A DNA stretch of 63,524 nt, counting the filler, from Deltaproteobacteria bacterium (GTDB taxonomy: Bacteria; JACQOV01), in assembly GCA_016202395.1 (NCBI GenBank). It is 5 parts of 5 records of this genome, joined end to end, with 100 filler letters (N's around TTAATTAATTAA, not from the genome) between each part and the next. Parts side by side here need not be neighbours in the genome. Positions count along the whole stretch, not along the records: positions 42,580 to 49,959 come from JACQOV010000072.1; positions 50,060 to 63,524 come from JACQOV010000081.1; 3 more parts are not named here. One strand, given 5' to 3'. The notes below the pieces were generated by a model. That model ran no database searches and had not been told where the DNA came from. It saw nothing but the letters and a program-made list of their open reading frames with translations. Below, piece after piece: positions 46,204 to 56,336 of this stretch (the stretch's first letter is position 1; each line of letters starts with the position of its first letter). The translations under genes were made by a program, and so were the position numbers.

Positions 46204-47853
46204 ATGCTAAAAAAACTGCGTGTTCGGAATTTGGCGATTATTGAGGATGTGACGCTCGATCTTGAAGAGGGATTTACCGTCTTTACGGGAGAGACCGGAG
46301 CAGGAAAATCCATTCTTCTCAATGCCTTACTCTTGCTTCGAGGGGCTCGAGCCGACAGCGATCTCATTCGTAAAGGGGCGACTGAAGCCACAGCGGAGGG
46401 GATTTTTCAACTTCCTTCAAGTCATCCTATCCTTAAAACTCTTCTAGAAAAAGGGATTCCTCTAGAATCGGAGCTCCTTCTTAAGAGAACCCTCAACACC
46501 TCGGGTCGAAGTCAGGCATGGATCAACGGTGAGATCGCTACCCTGTCGATGCTCCAAGAGGTCGGTGGCCAACTGATTGAGATCTGCGGTCAACAAGAAC
46601 ATCAGACCCTCCTTCAGGAATCAAATCATCTAGAACTTTTGGATCTCTACGGAGGATTGGAGCGCGATCGGGAGCTTTTTGAGAAGATCTTTCAAGAATG
46701 GCAAGAGGCGCTGCGGACATTGGAGGTAGGGCAGGGGAAAGAAAAAGAGCTCCAGGAGCATCTGGAGCTTTACCGGTTTCAGCTTTTGGAGATCGAGCGG
46801 CTTGGGGTTCAGCGCGGTGAGGATGAAAGGTTGGAAGAGGAGAGGAACCGTCTTCGTCACGGAGCGGCATTGCGAGAGGCGGTGGCCTCCTCGGAGGGGG
46901 TCCTCTACTCCAACACAGGATCTGTGATTGAGCAGGTGGGGCAAGTCCTTCGGTGGCTCGAATCTGCCAGTCGAATCGATCTGAAACTCGCGGAATCCTT
47001 GGAGATGGTGAAGGCGGCTCGGATCTCCGTGGAAGAGGCCGCGCGTGAACTTGAGCGTTACCTGGAAACAATCGATATGGACCCCGAACGCCTCGACAAA
47101 GTAGAATCGCGTCTCTATGACCTGGAGCAGGCCAAGAGAAAATATGGAGGAACGCTGGATGCAGTTTTGGACCATCAGTCTCGGCTTCAGTCGGAACTCC
47201 AGGCCTGGGAAAGTAGAGGGGAACGTCTCGAGGCTCTTAAAGAAAAGGTCGTCGAGTTAGAGGTCGGCGCTCAGGGGCAAGCGGAGGTCCTTTCAATCCG
47301 GCGTCGGAAGGCTGCCTCTGAACTGGCCAAAGGGGTTGGGAAGGAGCTCCAAGAACTTGCCATGTCCTCTGCGGAGTTTTCTGTAGCTCAGGAAAGAGGG
47401 GATCTTCGAGCCAAGGGGTGGGATCGGGTCACCTTTTATTTGGCGGCCAATCGTGGAGAAAACGCAAGACCTTTGGCCAAAGTAGCCTCTGGCGGAGAGC
47501 TTTCCAGGATCATGCTGGCCTTGAAAACCGTTTTCCTTAAAAATCCAGCGGTGACAACCGTTGTTTTTGATGAGATTGATAGCGGCATTGGAGGGGCTGT
47601 GGCGGAGGGGGTTGGGAAGAAGCTCTCTCGTCTGGCGCGCTATCAGCAGGTTCTTTGCATCACCCATCAGGCTCAGATCGCAAGTCAAGCAATGTCCCAT
47701 TTCGTTATTAAAAAGAAAGAGATGCAACATCGTACCCAGGTTCAGGTGGAGTCACTTTCGGAGGGGGAAAGAGTGGGAGAAATCTCTCGCATGCTCGGTG
47801 GAGTTCAGATTACCTCGAAGGTGCGCGCTCACGCACGCGAGCTCCTTGGTTAA
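46204..47853 (+). CDS. recN: DNA repair protein RecN
   Basis: FTGETGAGKS, coiled coil, ASGGELSR, FDEIDSGIGG, ITH; follows nadK. Confidence 0.96.
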   Translation: MLKKLRVRNLAIIEDVTLDLEEGFTVFTGETGAGKSILLNALLLLRGARADSDLIRKGATEATAEGIFQLPSSHPILKTLLEKGIPLESELLLKRTLNTSGRSQAWINGEIATLSMLQEVGGQLIEICGQQEHQTLLQESNHLELLDLYGGLERDRELFEKIFQEWQEALRTLEVGQGKEKELQEHLELYRFQLLEIERLGVQRGEDERLEEERNRLRHGAALREAVASSEGVLYSNTGSVIEQVGQVLRWLESASRIDLKLAESLEMVKAARISVEEAARELERYLETIDMDPERLDKVESRLYDLEQAKRKYGGTLDAVLDHQSRLQSELQAWESRGERLEALKEKVVELEVGAQGQAEVLSIRRRKAASELAKGVGKELQELAMSSAEFSVAQERGDLRAKGWDRVTFYLAANRGENARPLAKVASGGELSRIMLALKTVFLKNPAVTTVVFDEIDSGIGGAVAEGVGKKLSRLARYQQVLCITHQAQIASQAMSHFVIKKKEMQHRTQVQVESLSEGERVGEISRMLGGVQITSKVRAHARELLG

Positions 47854-47960
47854 AGTTCTGTTTTACCCCTTCAAATCTTTTTTGTTGACATCGTTTCCCA
47901 AGTTTGCTTTAATGACCCCGCGTCGAGATTTGAGCACTCTTCAAGTGGGAGAATTTAGAA

Positions 47961-48860
47961 GTGGCACGGCGGCTTTTTACGATTTTTGTCCTTAATGAAA
48001 AGGGGTCGAAGTTTTGGCGGTTTGCCATCACGCGTCCTCTCTTCCTTGGCTCCGTTTTTCTGGGAGGCCTCGCTCTGGGGGCTTTCCTTTACCTCAACTA
48101 TTCTTACCTCCACGATAAAACTGAGCTCATTGCGTTAAAAAAGATTCATGCCGATTCATTGGTCGCTTTGAGCGAGATGAAGAATGTCTATAACCGTGTC
48201 GATCTTTTGGAGAAAGGTTTAGGACAGGTGCGGCAACTGGAGAGTCGGCTTCGGACGTTGGCTCGATTGGAGAAGATTCAGGAGACTTCCCCACTCTCCG
48301 GCGTTGGAGGTCCTGCTCCGTATGAGGATTTTGATCTCGAGGGGAGTCCCAAAGAGGTTGTGGATTCTCTCAACGGTTGGATGCGGGAGATGGACACCGA
48401 ATTGGCGCGACAGAAGGGGAGCTTGGAGGATCTTCAGGAAAAGTTCAACGACAAGGTTTTTCTTCTTTCAGCGACCCCTCGAAGATGGCCCACACGAGGG
48501 TGGGTCACCTCCGGCTTTGGTTATCGCGTCTCTCCCTTTACAGGATCTCCGCAGATGCATGAAGGGGTCGATATCTCGGCTCGTATGGGGGCCCCTGTTT
48601 ATGCTCCGGCTCCAGGTTATGTCGTTTCTGCCGGTTTCCATGGTAGCCTCGGTCGCTCCGTCACCATTGACCATGGTTACGGTTACGTGACTCGTTATGG
48701 TCATCTTTCTTCAACCTCTGTCAAGACAGGCGATCGTGTCGAGAGGGGACAGCCGATTGGCACTGTTGGGAATACCGGTCGCAGCACCGGCCCCCATCTT
48801 CACTACGAGGTCCTTCTCCACAGCGTCCCTGTCAACCCCGCCACCTTCGCTCTGAATTGA
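47961..48860 (+). CDS. M23 family peptidase
   Basis: TM + coiled coil, HEGVD, YGHL, GRSTGPHLHYEV. Confidence 0.92.
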   Translation: MARRLFTIFVLNEKGSKFWRFAITRPLFLGSVFLGGLALGAFLYLNYSYLHDKTELIALKKIHADSLVALSEMKNVYNRVDLLEKGLGQVRQLESRLRTLARLEKIQETSPLSGVGGPAPYEDFDLEGSPKEVVDSLNGWMREMDTELARQKGSLEDLQEKFNDKVFLLSATPRRWPTRGWVTSGFGYRVSPFTGSPQMHEGVDISARMGAPVYAPAPGYVVSAGFHGSLGRSVTIDHGYGYVTRYGHLSSTSVKTGDRVERGQPIGTVGNTGRSTGPHLHYEVLLHSVPVNPATFALN

Positions 48861-48945
48861 GGCGCCCTTAGGCCCACAGCGACGCCATCCTCACTTTGTA
48901 TAATTGTGTTTCTACGATAGAATTGGTACACTCACTCCTAATTTT

Positions 48946-49959
48946 ATGTTGGGTTTAGGGGCATTAGCGAAAAAAATCTTTGGGAGCCGAAATGAGCGAT
49001 ATTTAAAAGAGCTCCAGCCGGTGGTCGCTCAGATTCATTCGTTCGAACCTTCCCTCTCCGCTCTTACCGACGATCAGCTCCGTTCAAAAACTGGGGAATT
49101 GAAGAGTTGCCTCGAAAAAGGGGAAACTCTCGAGCAACTCCTTCCTGAAGCTTTTGCCGTCGTTCGAGAGGCGGGAAAACGAGCGATAGGGCTGCGCCAT
49201 TTCGATGCCCAACTCCTGGGTGGCATGGTCCTTCATCAGGGAAAAATCGCCGAGATGAAGACCGGTGAAGGAAAAACGCTGGTTGCCACATTGCCCGCTT
49301 ATCTGAATGCCCTCACTGGGAAGGGAGTTCATATCGTCACGGTCAATGACTATCTTGCTCGCCGGGATGCGGAGTGGATGGGGAAGATCTACGAAGCTCT
49401 GGGGCTTTCTGTCGGTGTAGTGGTGCATGGACTCACCGATGTTCAGCGAAAAGCGGCTTACAATGCCGATATCACCTATGGTCAGAACAACGAATTCGGC
49501 TTTGATTATCTGCGCGACAACATGAAATATCGCGCTGAAGATTTTGTTCAGCGGGATCTTCATTACGCGATTGTCGACGAGGTCGACAGCATCTTAATCG
49601 ATGAGGCCCGCACCCCGTTGATCATCTCAGGTCCTGCGGAGGAGTCCACCGACAAGTACTATCGGATCAACCAGATTATTCCTCGGCTCGACAAAGACAA
49701 AGATTACACCGTCGATGAGAAGGCCCGGACCGTGATCCTTTCAGAAGAAGGGACTCCGCATTTAGAACAACTCCTGGGGGTGGACAATCTCTACGATCCT
49801 CGCAATATTGAGGTTCTCCACCATGTGAATCAGGCGCTGCGTGCTCACAGTCTCTTCAAAGTCGACGTGGACTACGTGGTGAAGGATGGGCAAGTGATTA
49901 TTGTTGATGAGTTCACAGGGCGCCTGATGCCAGGGCGGCGTTGGAGTGATGGATTGCAC
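48946..49959 (+). CDS. secA: Preprotein translocase ATPase SecA, 3'-truncated by contig end
   Basis: [45 protein letters not shown]. Confidence 0.97.
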
Positions 49960-50059
49960 NNNNNNNNNNNNNNNNNNNNNNNNNNNNNNNNNNNNNNNNN
50001 NNNTTAATTAATTAANNNNNNNNNNNNNNNNNNNNNNNNNNNNNNNNNNNNNNNNNNNN
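49960..50059. other. Artificial contig spacer
   Basis: N44-TTAATTAATTAA-N44. Confidence 0.98.
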
Positions 50060-50520
50060 ACTCGATGGATCTTCCATAACGAGATCTCCTGTCGATAAAT
50101 CTGTCGGTAGAGAACCTGGAGCTTCTTCTTTCCATACCGAAGATGCTCCTTACGTAAAGCCACCACCCGAGATTCCTCTACTAAAGTCACGGCCCACCGA
50201 CGAACCCTTCGGGGCCTTCGAGATCTCGAATCTAAAGACTCCAGATGCCAACGATCGTAACGATTCTTCCACTGGTAGAAAGTCTTGCGCGAGATCCCAA
50301 AGTACCGACAGGTCTGGCTCGCCGTGTGCCCTCGCTCGTAATAATCCATCCACCTTAACCGCTGTCGGGCTCCTAAAGATAACTCAACGGGAACCGAGAC
50401 CAGCTTCCCAGCCTTTGCAGGCATGACATAAGTGAGGCTCATCATAGCCCCACTATACCTCCCTCTACCCCATCTTCCCATCGATACTCCCACTGTTACC
50501 GATGTATCTCAACCTCTTCA
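50060..50520 (-). mobile_element. Left end of an IS481-like element (transposase N-terminus, start about 50445, and terminal IR)
   Basis: HTH TCRYFGISRKTFYQWKNRY..SRRP..YGKKKL; minus-strand IR TGAAGAGGTTGAGATACATCGGTAACA at 50520-50494. Confidence 0.82.
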
Positions 50521-50536
50521 GGGCCTCTCCCCGAGC

Positions 50537-52324
50537 CTATCCATTGTTCTTTCGCAGGCGGATGCTGCGTGGGGTGATTTCCACTTGCTCATCCTCTTTG
50601 ATGAATTCAATGGCCCGCTCGAGGGTTATCGGAAAAGCGGGGGTCAGAATAATATTTTCGTCTTTTGCGGCAGCGCGCATGTTGCTGAGCTTCTTTTCTT
50701 TGCAAGGATTCACATCTAGATCGCGCTCCCGATTGTGTTCCCCAATAATCATCCCTTTGTAAACGGGGCATCCGGGCTCAATAAAAAGTCTTCCGCGCGG
50801 CTCCAGGTGGTAAAGGGCGTAAGCCACAGCCTCCCCTTGCCGATCGGAAACGAGCGCCCCACTCTTGCGTCCTGTGAAGGCGCCGCGGCAAGGTTCATAG
50901 CCCATCAGGTAAGAATTCATGAGCCCCATCCCTTTGGTATCGGTCAAAAATTGATTCCGATAACCGATGAGCCCGCGGCTTGGGATCGAAAACTCCAGAC
51001 GAATGCGGCCAGAACCATGGTTGATCATGTTGATCATTCTTCCTTGACGCAGAGCCAGTTTTTCAGTGATGATTCCCATGAACTCTTCATGGCAATCGAT
51101 AAAAAGATGCTCGATCGGCTCTAGCGTTACGCCATCTTTTTCTTTGAGAATCACCTGAGGACGGCCGATCGCAACCTCAAACCCCTCGCGGCGCATAGTT
51201 TCTACCAGAATCGCCATTTGAAATTCTCCGCGCCCTTTCACAATAAAACTCTCTCCATTTTTTTCCGCCTCCAAAGAAAGAGAGACGTTATGAAGGATTT
51301 CCTTTTCCAGTCGCTCCAGAATTTTTCGCGATTGAACGATCTTTCCCTCGCGGCCAGAAAGAGGGGAGGTGTTGGCCATAAATCGCATCGAGAGGGTCGC
51401 TTCATCCACCGTGATTCTCTGGAGCGCTTTCGGAGCTGCCACGGTGCAAATGGTATCCCCAATCTCCACATTCTCAATCCCTGAGAGAAGAATGATATCC
51501 CCCGGCGAAACCTCTTCCACCTCTTTCAATCGAATGCCGTCATAAACCTGAAGGCTGGAGACTCGAAGGGGCCTTTGGCTTCCATCCTTGTGGATGCAGA
51601 CGAGGTTGTCGCTCTTTCTAGCGCTCCCATTAAAGATGCGTCCGATAGCTAATCTTCCAACGTAATCGGAGTAAGAAAGATTGATCACCAACATCTGAAA
51701 CGGTTCATTGGGATTAAAAGTGGGTGGAGGGATCTCCTCTAAAATGGCCTCAAAAAGAGGGGTCAAGCTGCTCCCTTTCTCTTCTAAAGTTTTTTGTGCG
51801 ATCCCCTCACGGCCGATGGCATAGAGGATCGGGAAATCGATCTGCGAATCCTCCGCATCGAGATCCATGAAAAGAGCGTAGATTTCATCAATCACCTCCC
51901 GAGGACGCGCATCCTTGCGATCGATTTTGTTAACCACGACGATGATTTTGAGATGAGCTTCGAGAGCTTTTTTAAGCACAAAGCGGGTTTGAGGAAGAGG
52001 CCCTTCGCAGGCATCGACCAAAAGGATGGCGCCATCGACCATCTTGAGCCCGCGCTCCACCTCCCCGCCAAAATCGGAGTGGCCAGGGGTGTCGATGATG
52101 TTGATTTTAACCCCTTTCCAGTAGACGGAGCAGTTTTTCGAGGCGATCGTGATCCCACGCTCCCGCTCCAAATCGAGGTTATCCATCACCCGTTCATCCA
52201 CCACCTGCTGTTCGCGAAACGTCCCGCTCTGGCGGAGGATAAAATCGACCAGAGTCGTTTTTCCATGATCGACATGGGCGATAATGGCAATATTGCGAAT
52301 CTTCTTGTTGGCTTCGTCTTTCAT
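50537..52324 (-). CDS. typA: Translational GTPase TypA/BipA
   Basis: [47 protein letters not shown]. Confidence 0.96.
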   Translation of the reverse strand: MKDEANKKIRNIAIIAHVDHGKTTLVDFILRQSGTFREQQVVDERVMDNLDLERERGITIASKNCSVYWKGVKINIIDTPGHSDFGGEVERGLKMVDGAILLVDACEGPLPQTRFVLKKALEAHLKIIVVVNKIDRKDARPREVIDEIYALFMDLDAEDSQIDFPILYAIGREGIAQKTLEEKGSSLTPLFEAILEEIPPPTFNPNEPFQMLVINLSYSDYVGRLAIGRIFNGSARKSDNLVCIHKDGSQRPLRVSSLQVYDGIRLKEVEEVSPGDIILLSGIENVEIGDTICTVAAPKALQRITVDEATLSMRFMANTSPLSGREGKIVQSRKILERLEKEILHNVSLSLEAEKNGESFIVKGRGEFQMAILVETMRREGFEVAIGRPQVILKEKDGVTLEPIEHLFIDCHEEFMGIITEKLALRQGRMINMINHGSGRIRLEFSIPSRGLIGYRNQFLTDTKGMGLMNSYLMGYEPCRGAFTGRKSGALVSDRQGEAVAYALYHLEPRGRLFIEPGCPVYKGMIIGEHNRERDLDVNPCKEKKLSNMRAAAKDENIILTPAFPITLERAIEFIKEDEQVEITPRSIRLRKNNG

Positions 52325-52435
52325 TTTTATGAGAATTGTCTAGGGTAACCGATAACAGGCCGATCGGCAAGCAACCGCTTGACATTCGAACTAGGGCTTC
52401 TTATGGTTGCAGGGTTACAGATGAGGAGCTCTATT

Positions 52436-52996
52436 ATGATTGAAACCTCTCAATTTAGGATTGGAACGAAGTTGGAAGTAGAGGGGAAACTCTACGAGAT
52501 TGTCGATTTCCAGCACGCTCGAACGGCGCAGCGACGGGCCAATGTCTGGACCAAGATGAAAAATTTGGAGACGGGGCAGGTTTTAGAGCGGAGTTTTTCG
52601 GCAGGACAACAGTTTGACGAACCCGATTTTGAAGAAAAGCCGATGCAATTTTTGTACATCGACGCCGGAGATTACGTTTTCATGGATTCCAAAAACTACG
52701 ACCAAGTTCATATCCCTGGCGAGGCTCACAAAGATGTCACCCGTTTCTTGACCGAAAACATGGACGTGAAGGTTCAGTTCTATAAAGGGAAGGCGATCAC
52801 GATCACTCTCCCTTCCTCGGTGGAGTTAAGAATTGTCGATACCCAGCCAGGAGTTCGAGGAGACACCGTTACTAGCGCCATGAAGCCGGCTAAACTTGAA
52901 AGTGGCGCTACTGTGGATGTCCCTCTTTTTGTGAATGCGGGGGACAAGATTAAGGTGGATACTAGGACGGGTAAATACATCGAACGCGCCAAGTAA
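52436..52996 (+). CDS. efp: Elongation factor P with non-canonical loop
   Basis: MQFLY..FMD..YDQ, PGVRGDT, KPAKLESG, VPLFV, DTRTGKY; GAGGAG SD. Confidence 0.93.
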   Translation: MIETSQFRIGTKLEVEGKLYEIVDFQHARTAQRRANVWTKMKNLETGQVLERSFSAGQQFDEPDFEEKPMQFLYIDAGDYVFMDSKNYDQVHIPGEAHKDVTRFLTENMDVKVQFYKGKAITITLPSSVELRIVDTQPGVRGDTVTSAMKPAKLESGATVDVPLFVNAGDKIKVDTRTGKYIERAK

Positions 52997-53123
52997 GGCA
53001 AATGCAATAAATGTTGTTATACTTCGTTGGCCTCCTTCAGCACTCGCTCAGCGTACACCGCAAAGTACGCTTCGCTCGGCTTCAGTCAGCCGCCTCGTCT
53101 AACAAACATTTCTTGCATTTGCC
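52997..53123. repeat. Palindromic element filling the efp-radA spacer
   Basis: GGCAAATGCAA..TTGCATTTGCC, central GCGTAC..GTACGC. Confidence 0.75.
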
Positions 53124-53143
53124 GATCGAAAACGAGAAATTCT

Positions 53144-54604
53144 TTGGCTAAATCGAAAACAATCTTTGCTTGCCAGCAGTGTGGTCATCAATCTCCGAAG
53201 TGGTTAGGGCGTTGCCCGGACTGCGGAGGATGGAATACCCTTTCCGAAGAGATTCAAGAACGCTCTCCGATCAACGAGTTCACCGGGGCTTGGGGAATTA
53301 GTGAAGGGGTGTCTCCGCGTCCCTTAGTGGAGTTGCAAGGGGAGGAAGGGGAGCGGCACGCCACAGGGATTGGCGAGTTGGATCGAATCTTAGGAGGGGG
53401 GCTTGTTCCCGGCTCTCTGATTCTGATCGGTGGAGATCCTGGGATTGGGAAGTCGACCCTCTTACTTCAAGCGATGGATCGGATTGCGGCCCAAGGGGTT
53501 CCGGTTCTCTACGTCACCGGGGAGGAATCCTCTCGGCAGGTAAAACTTCGGGCCGATCGTTTGGATGTCTCCTCTCCTCATCTCTTTATCGTCTCCGAAA
53601 CGGCCCTTGACCGAGTTTTGGAAGCCATTCGCAAGATTCAGCCGAAGGTGGTTGTGGTGGATTCCGTTCAGACCCTCTTTGTTCCCGACCTCAGCTCGGC
53701 TCCGGGGAGTGTGAGTCAGGTGCGAGAATCGGCGGGGAGGCTGATGGCTTTGGCCAAGACGGAAGGGACGACGATTTTTCTTGTGGGGCATGTCACCAAA
53801 GATGGGAGCATTGCGGGGCCTCGGGTTTTGGAGCACATGGTGGACACCGTCCTTTATTTTGAAGGAGGGGGAGGGCATGCCTATCGGATTATTCGCGCGG
53901 TAAAGAATCGTTTTGGCTCCAGCAATGAGATCGGGGTTTTTGAGATGCGTGACCGAGGGCTCGTGGAGGTGGCCAATCCTTCGGAGCTCTTTTTGGCCGA
54001 GCGTTCCTCAGGGGTTTCGGGCTCCACCGTGGTGGCCACCCTCGAAGGGACGCGCCCTTTGCTGGTGGAGATCCAAGCGCTCGTGGGGACCACCGTTTTT
54101 GGAACCCCTCGACGAACCACACTCGGTGTGGATCACAACAAGGTGTCATTGCTGGTGGCGGTTTTGGAGAAGCGGGCCGGCCTGCAACTGATGGGGCACG
54201 ATGTTTTTGTCAATGTGGTTGGAGGGGTGGAGTTGAATGAGCCTGCGATCGATCTGGCCATTACGTTGGCGGTGGCTTCGAGTTTTCTCGATCGGCCAAT
54301 CGATTCGAACACGATCATTTTGGGAGAGGTGGGATTAGGAGGCGAGGTGCGCGCGATTCAGCAGATCTCTATTCGGCTGAAAGAGGCCGAGCGGTTGGGA
54401 TTCAAGCGATGCCTCCTTCCGGAAAGCAACCGAAAGAAACTCGATGTTTCAACCTCGATGACTTTGGAAGGGATCTCTAGTGTGGATCAGGCTCTTCGCC
54501 TGGCCTTAGAAACTAAGAAAGCCGTTGGACGAAACACCTCCAAGGTGGTATCCGAGAAGGGGCTCCCCTCACCCATTCCCTCTCCCCAAAGGGGAGAGGG
54601 TTAG
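53144..54604 (+). CDS. radA: DNA repair protein RadA/Sms
   Basis: CQQCG..CPDC zinc finger, GDPGIGKST, KNRFG, GEVGLGGE; TTG start. Confidence 0.96.
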   Translation: MAKSKTIFACQQCGHQSPKWLGRCPDCGGWNTLSEEIQERSPINEFTGAWGISEGVSPRPLVELQGEEGERHATGIGELDRILGGGLVPGSLILIGGDPGIGKSTLLLQAMDRIAAQGVPVLYVTGEESSRQVKLRADRLDVSSPHLFIVSETALDRVLEAIRKIQPKVVVVDSVQTLFVPDLSSAPGSVSQVRESAGRLMALAKTEGTTIFLVGHVTKDGSIAGPRVLEHMVDTVLYFEGGGGHAYRIIRAVKNRFGSSNEIGVFEMRDRGLVEVANPSELFLAERSSGVSGSTVVATLEGTRPLLVEIQALVGTTVFGTPRRTTLGVDHNKVSLLVAVLEKRAGLQLMGHDVFVNVVGGVELNEPAIDLAITLAVASSFLDRPIDSNTIILGEVGLGGEVRAIQQISIRLKEAERLGFKRCLLPESNRKKLDVSTSMTLEGISSVDQALRLALETKKAVGRNTSKVVSEKGLPSPIPSPQRGEG

Positions 54605-54613
54605 GGTGAGGGG
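54565..54613. repeat. REP-like hairpin overlapping the radA stop
   Basis: CCCCTCACCC-ATT-CCCTCTCCCC-AAA-GGGGAGAGGG-TTA-GGGTGAGGGG. Confidence 0.85.
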
Positions 54614-54622
54614 CAATTCTTC

Positions 54623-55297
54623 ATGAATAAAAAAATCTTACCATCGATATTGGCAGGAGACCTTTCGAGACTCTCGGAAGAAGTGAAGGCCATTGAAGCC
54701 GCAGGAGTGGATGGAGTCCATCTCGACGTAATGGATGGGCATTTTGTTCCGAACCTCACGTTTGGGCCGGAGGTGATTGCAGCTCTTCGTGGAAAAACAA
54801 AACTCTTTTTTGATGTTCACCTCATGATCTCTAATGCTGAGAAATATTTGGATCTTTATCGAAAAGCGGGGGCCGATTCGATCACTGTCCATGGGGAGGC
54901 CTGCACTCATCTGCACAAGGCGGTTCAAGAGATTAAAAAGTTGGGAGCTCAGGCCGGCGTGGCGTTAAATCCTGCGACCCCTCTTTCGGTCGTGGAGCCG
55001 ATTTTGCCGGAGATCGATCTTTTGTTGGTGATGACGGTGAATCCCGGTTTTGCGGGGCAGTCTTTTATCGAAACGACACTCCCCAAGATCCAAGCGGCCC
55101 GGCAGATGATCGATCGAGCGGGATTGAAAACGATTTTGGAGGTCGATGGCGGCATCAAGTTGAATAACATTGGAAAGATCGCCGCTTTAGGTCCCGATTG
55201 GTTTGTCTCTGGCAGCGGAATCTTTGCCACCCCCGATTACAAAACCACCGTCGCCGCCCTGCGCCACTCCATCCATCCGCGAAACTTTCCCCATTAA
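54623..55297 (+). CDS. rpe: Ribulose-phosphate 3-epimerase
   Basis: HLDVMDGHFVPNLTFG, DVHLM, MTVNPGF, EVDGG, VSGS. Confidence 0.97.
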   Translation: MNKKILPSILAGDLSRLSEEVKAIEAAGVDGVHLDVMDGHFVPNLTFGPEVIAALRGKTKLFFDVHLMISNAEKYLDLYRKAGADSITVHGEACTHLHKAVQEIKKLGAQAGVALNPATPLSVVEPILPEIDLLLVMTVNPGFAGQSFIETTLPKIQAARQMIDRAGLKTILEVDGGIKLNNIGKIAALGPDWFVSGSGIFATPDYKTTVAALRHSIHPRNFPH

Positions 55298-55335
55298 GTG
55301 TTTGATCTTGTGCATTTTTATGGTATATTTGTTGC

Positions 55336-55557
55336 ATGTATATTGCAAAAAAAATCTATCAAGACATTCGAGAGTTATCGGAATCAGCCCAGGCTGAAGT
55401 TCTCGACTTTATCGAGTTTCTAAGGTCCAAAAAAACAAGTCGGAATGCTGCTTCTAATTCAGAGTGGAGTTCTCTATCCTTGACTTCTGCGATGCGAGGC
55501 ATGGAAAAGGAGAAATCTCCCCAATATAATCTTAAAGATCTCAAAGAAAAATTTTAA
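55336..55557 (+). CDS. DUF2281-like putative antitoxin
   Basis: LSESAQAEVLDFIEFL..WSSLSLTSAMRGME..Y..DLKE; TAATG overlap with next gene. Confidence 0.7.
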   Translation: MYIAKKIYQDIRELSESAQAEVLDFIEFLRSKKTSRNAASNSEWSSLSLTSAMRGMEKEKSPQYNLKDLKEKF

Positions 55558-56336
55558 TGAAAAGCCACGGCCAAGTTGTTCTTTTTTCTTTCCTTCAAAC
55601 GGATCTAGAAATAAACTATCCTTCTTTCTTTCTGTATCTTAGATTTTGCTTTGCTGGATTTTTAATTTATTGCCTAACCGGGTGCACTATTTTTCATGTT
55701 TCTGTTGATTCACTTGCAAATTCCTCTATACATAAGGAGACATACGTTTTACTTCCTGGCATGGAAAAAGTAGGACTTAACGATCTTGAATATGCCGAAT
55801 ATTCAAATTATGTTCGACGGGCTTTGATTAGTTCAGGGTATGTTCCTTCTGAGAAATTTGATGAAATAGAAATATTCATTTTCATGAGTTATGGAATTGG
55901 TGACCCAATCACGGCCTATAAAACGTATTCAGTTCCTCAATACGGTAAGATAAGTGGTGGCACAAGTAGTTTCTCTGCCCTCACCGCAGGAACAGGTGGA
56001 ACAAGCTCGACAATTGGGACTATAACCGAACCCACCCAATATGGGGTCGTTGGTTCAAGAACCCAGGTAAGAAGTGAAACAACCTATTTCCGTTATCTTG
56101 TATTGGAAGCTATTGATGCAGGAGCTTTTAAAAAAGATAAAAAAATTATTCCTGTTTGGAAAACTACAGTTACAAGTCGAGGCAGTAGCGATGATCTTAG
56201 AAGAGTCTTTCCTATATTGGTGGCTGCAGCTAGGCCTTATATTGGAACAAATACCGAACACAAAATTAAAGTGAGACTGAAAGAAAAGAATCCCGAAGTT
56301 TTGTTTATAAAAGGGATAGATGCTTCTTCTAAATGA
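55557..56336 (+). CDS. Lipoprotein of unknown function fused in frame to an N-terminal PemK/MazF-like relic
   Basis: First 18 aa MKSHGQVVLFSFLQTDLE resemble PemK N-termini; then hydrophobic stretch and lipobox LTGC; AT-rich. Confidence 0.6.
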   Translation: MKSHGQVVLFSFLQTDLEINYPSFFLYLRFCFAGFLIYCLTGCTIFHVSVDSLANSSIHKETYVLLPGMEKVGLNDLEYAEYSNYVRRALISSGYVPSEKFDEIEIFIFMSYGIGDPITAYKTYSVPQYGKISGGTSSFSALTAGTGGTSSTIGTITEPTQYGVVGSRTQVRSETTYFRYLVLEAIDAGAFKKDKKIIPVWKTTVTSRGSSDDLRRVFPILVAAARPYIGTNTEHKIKVRLKEKNPEVLFIKGIDASSK

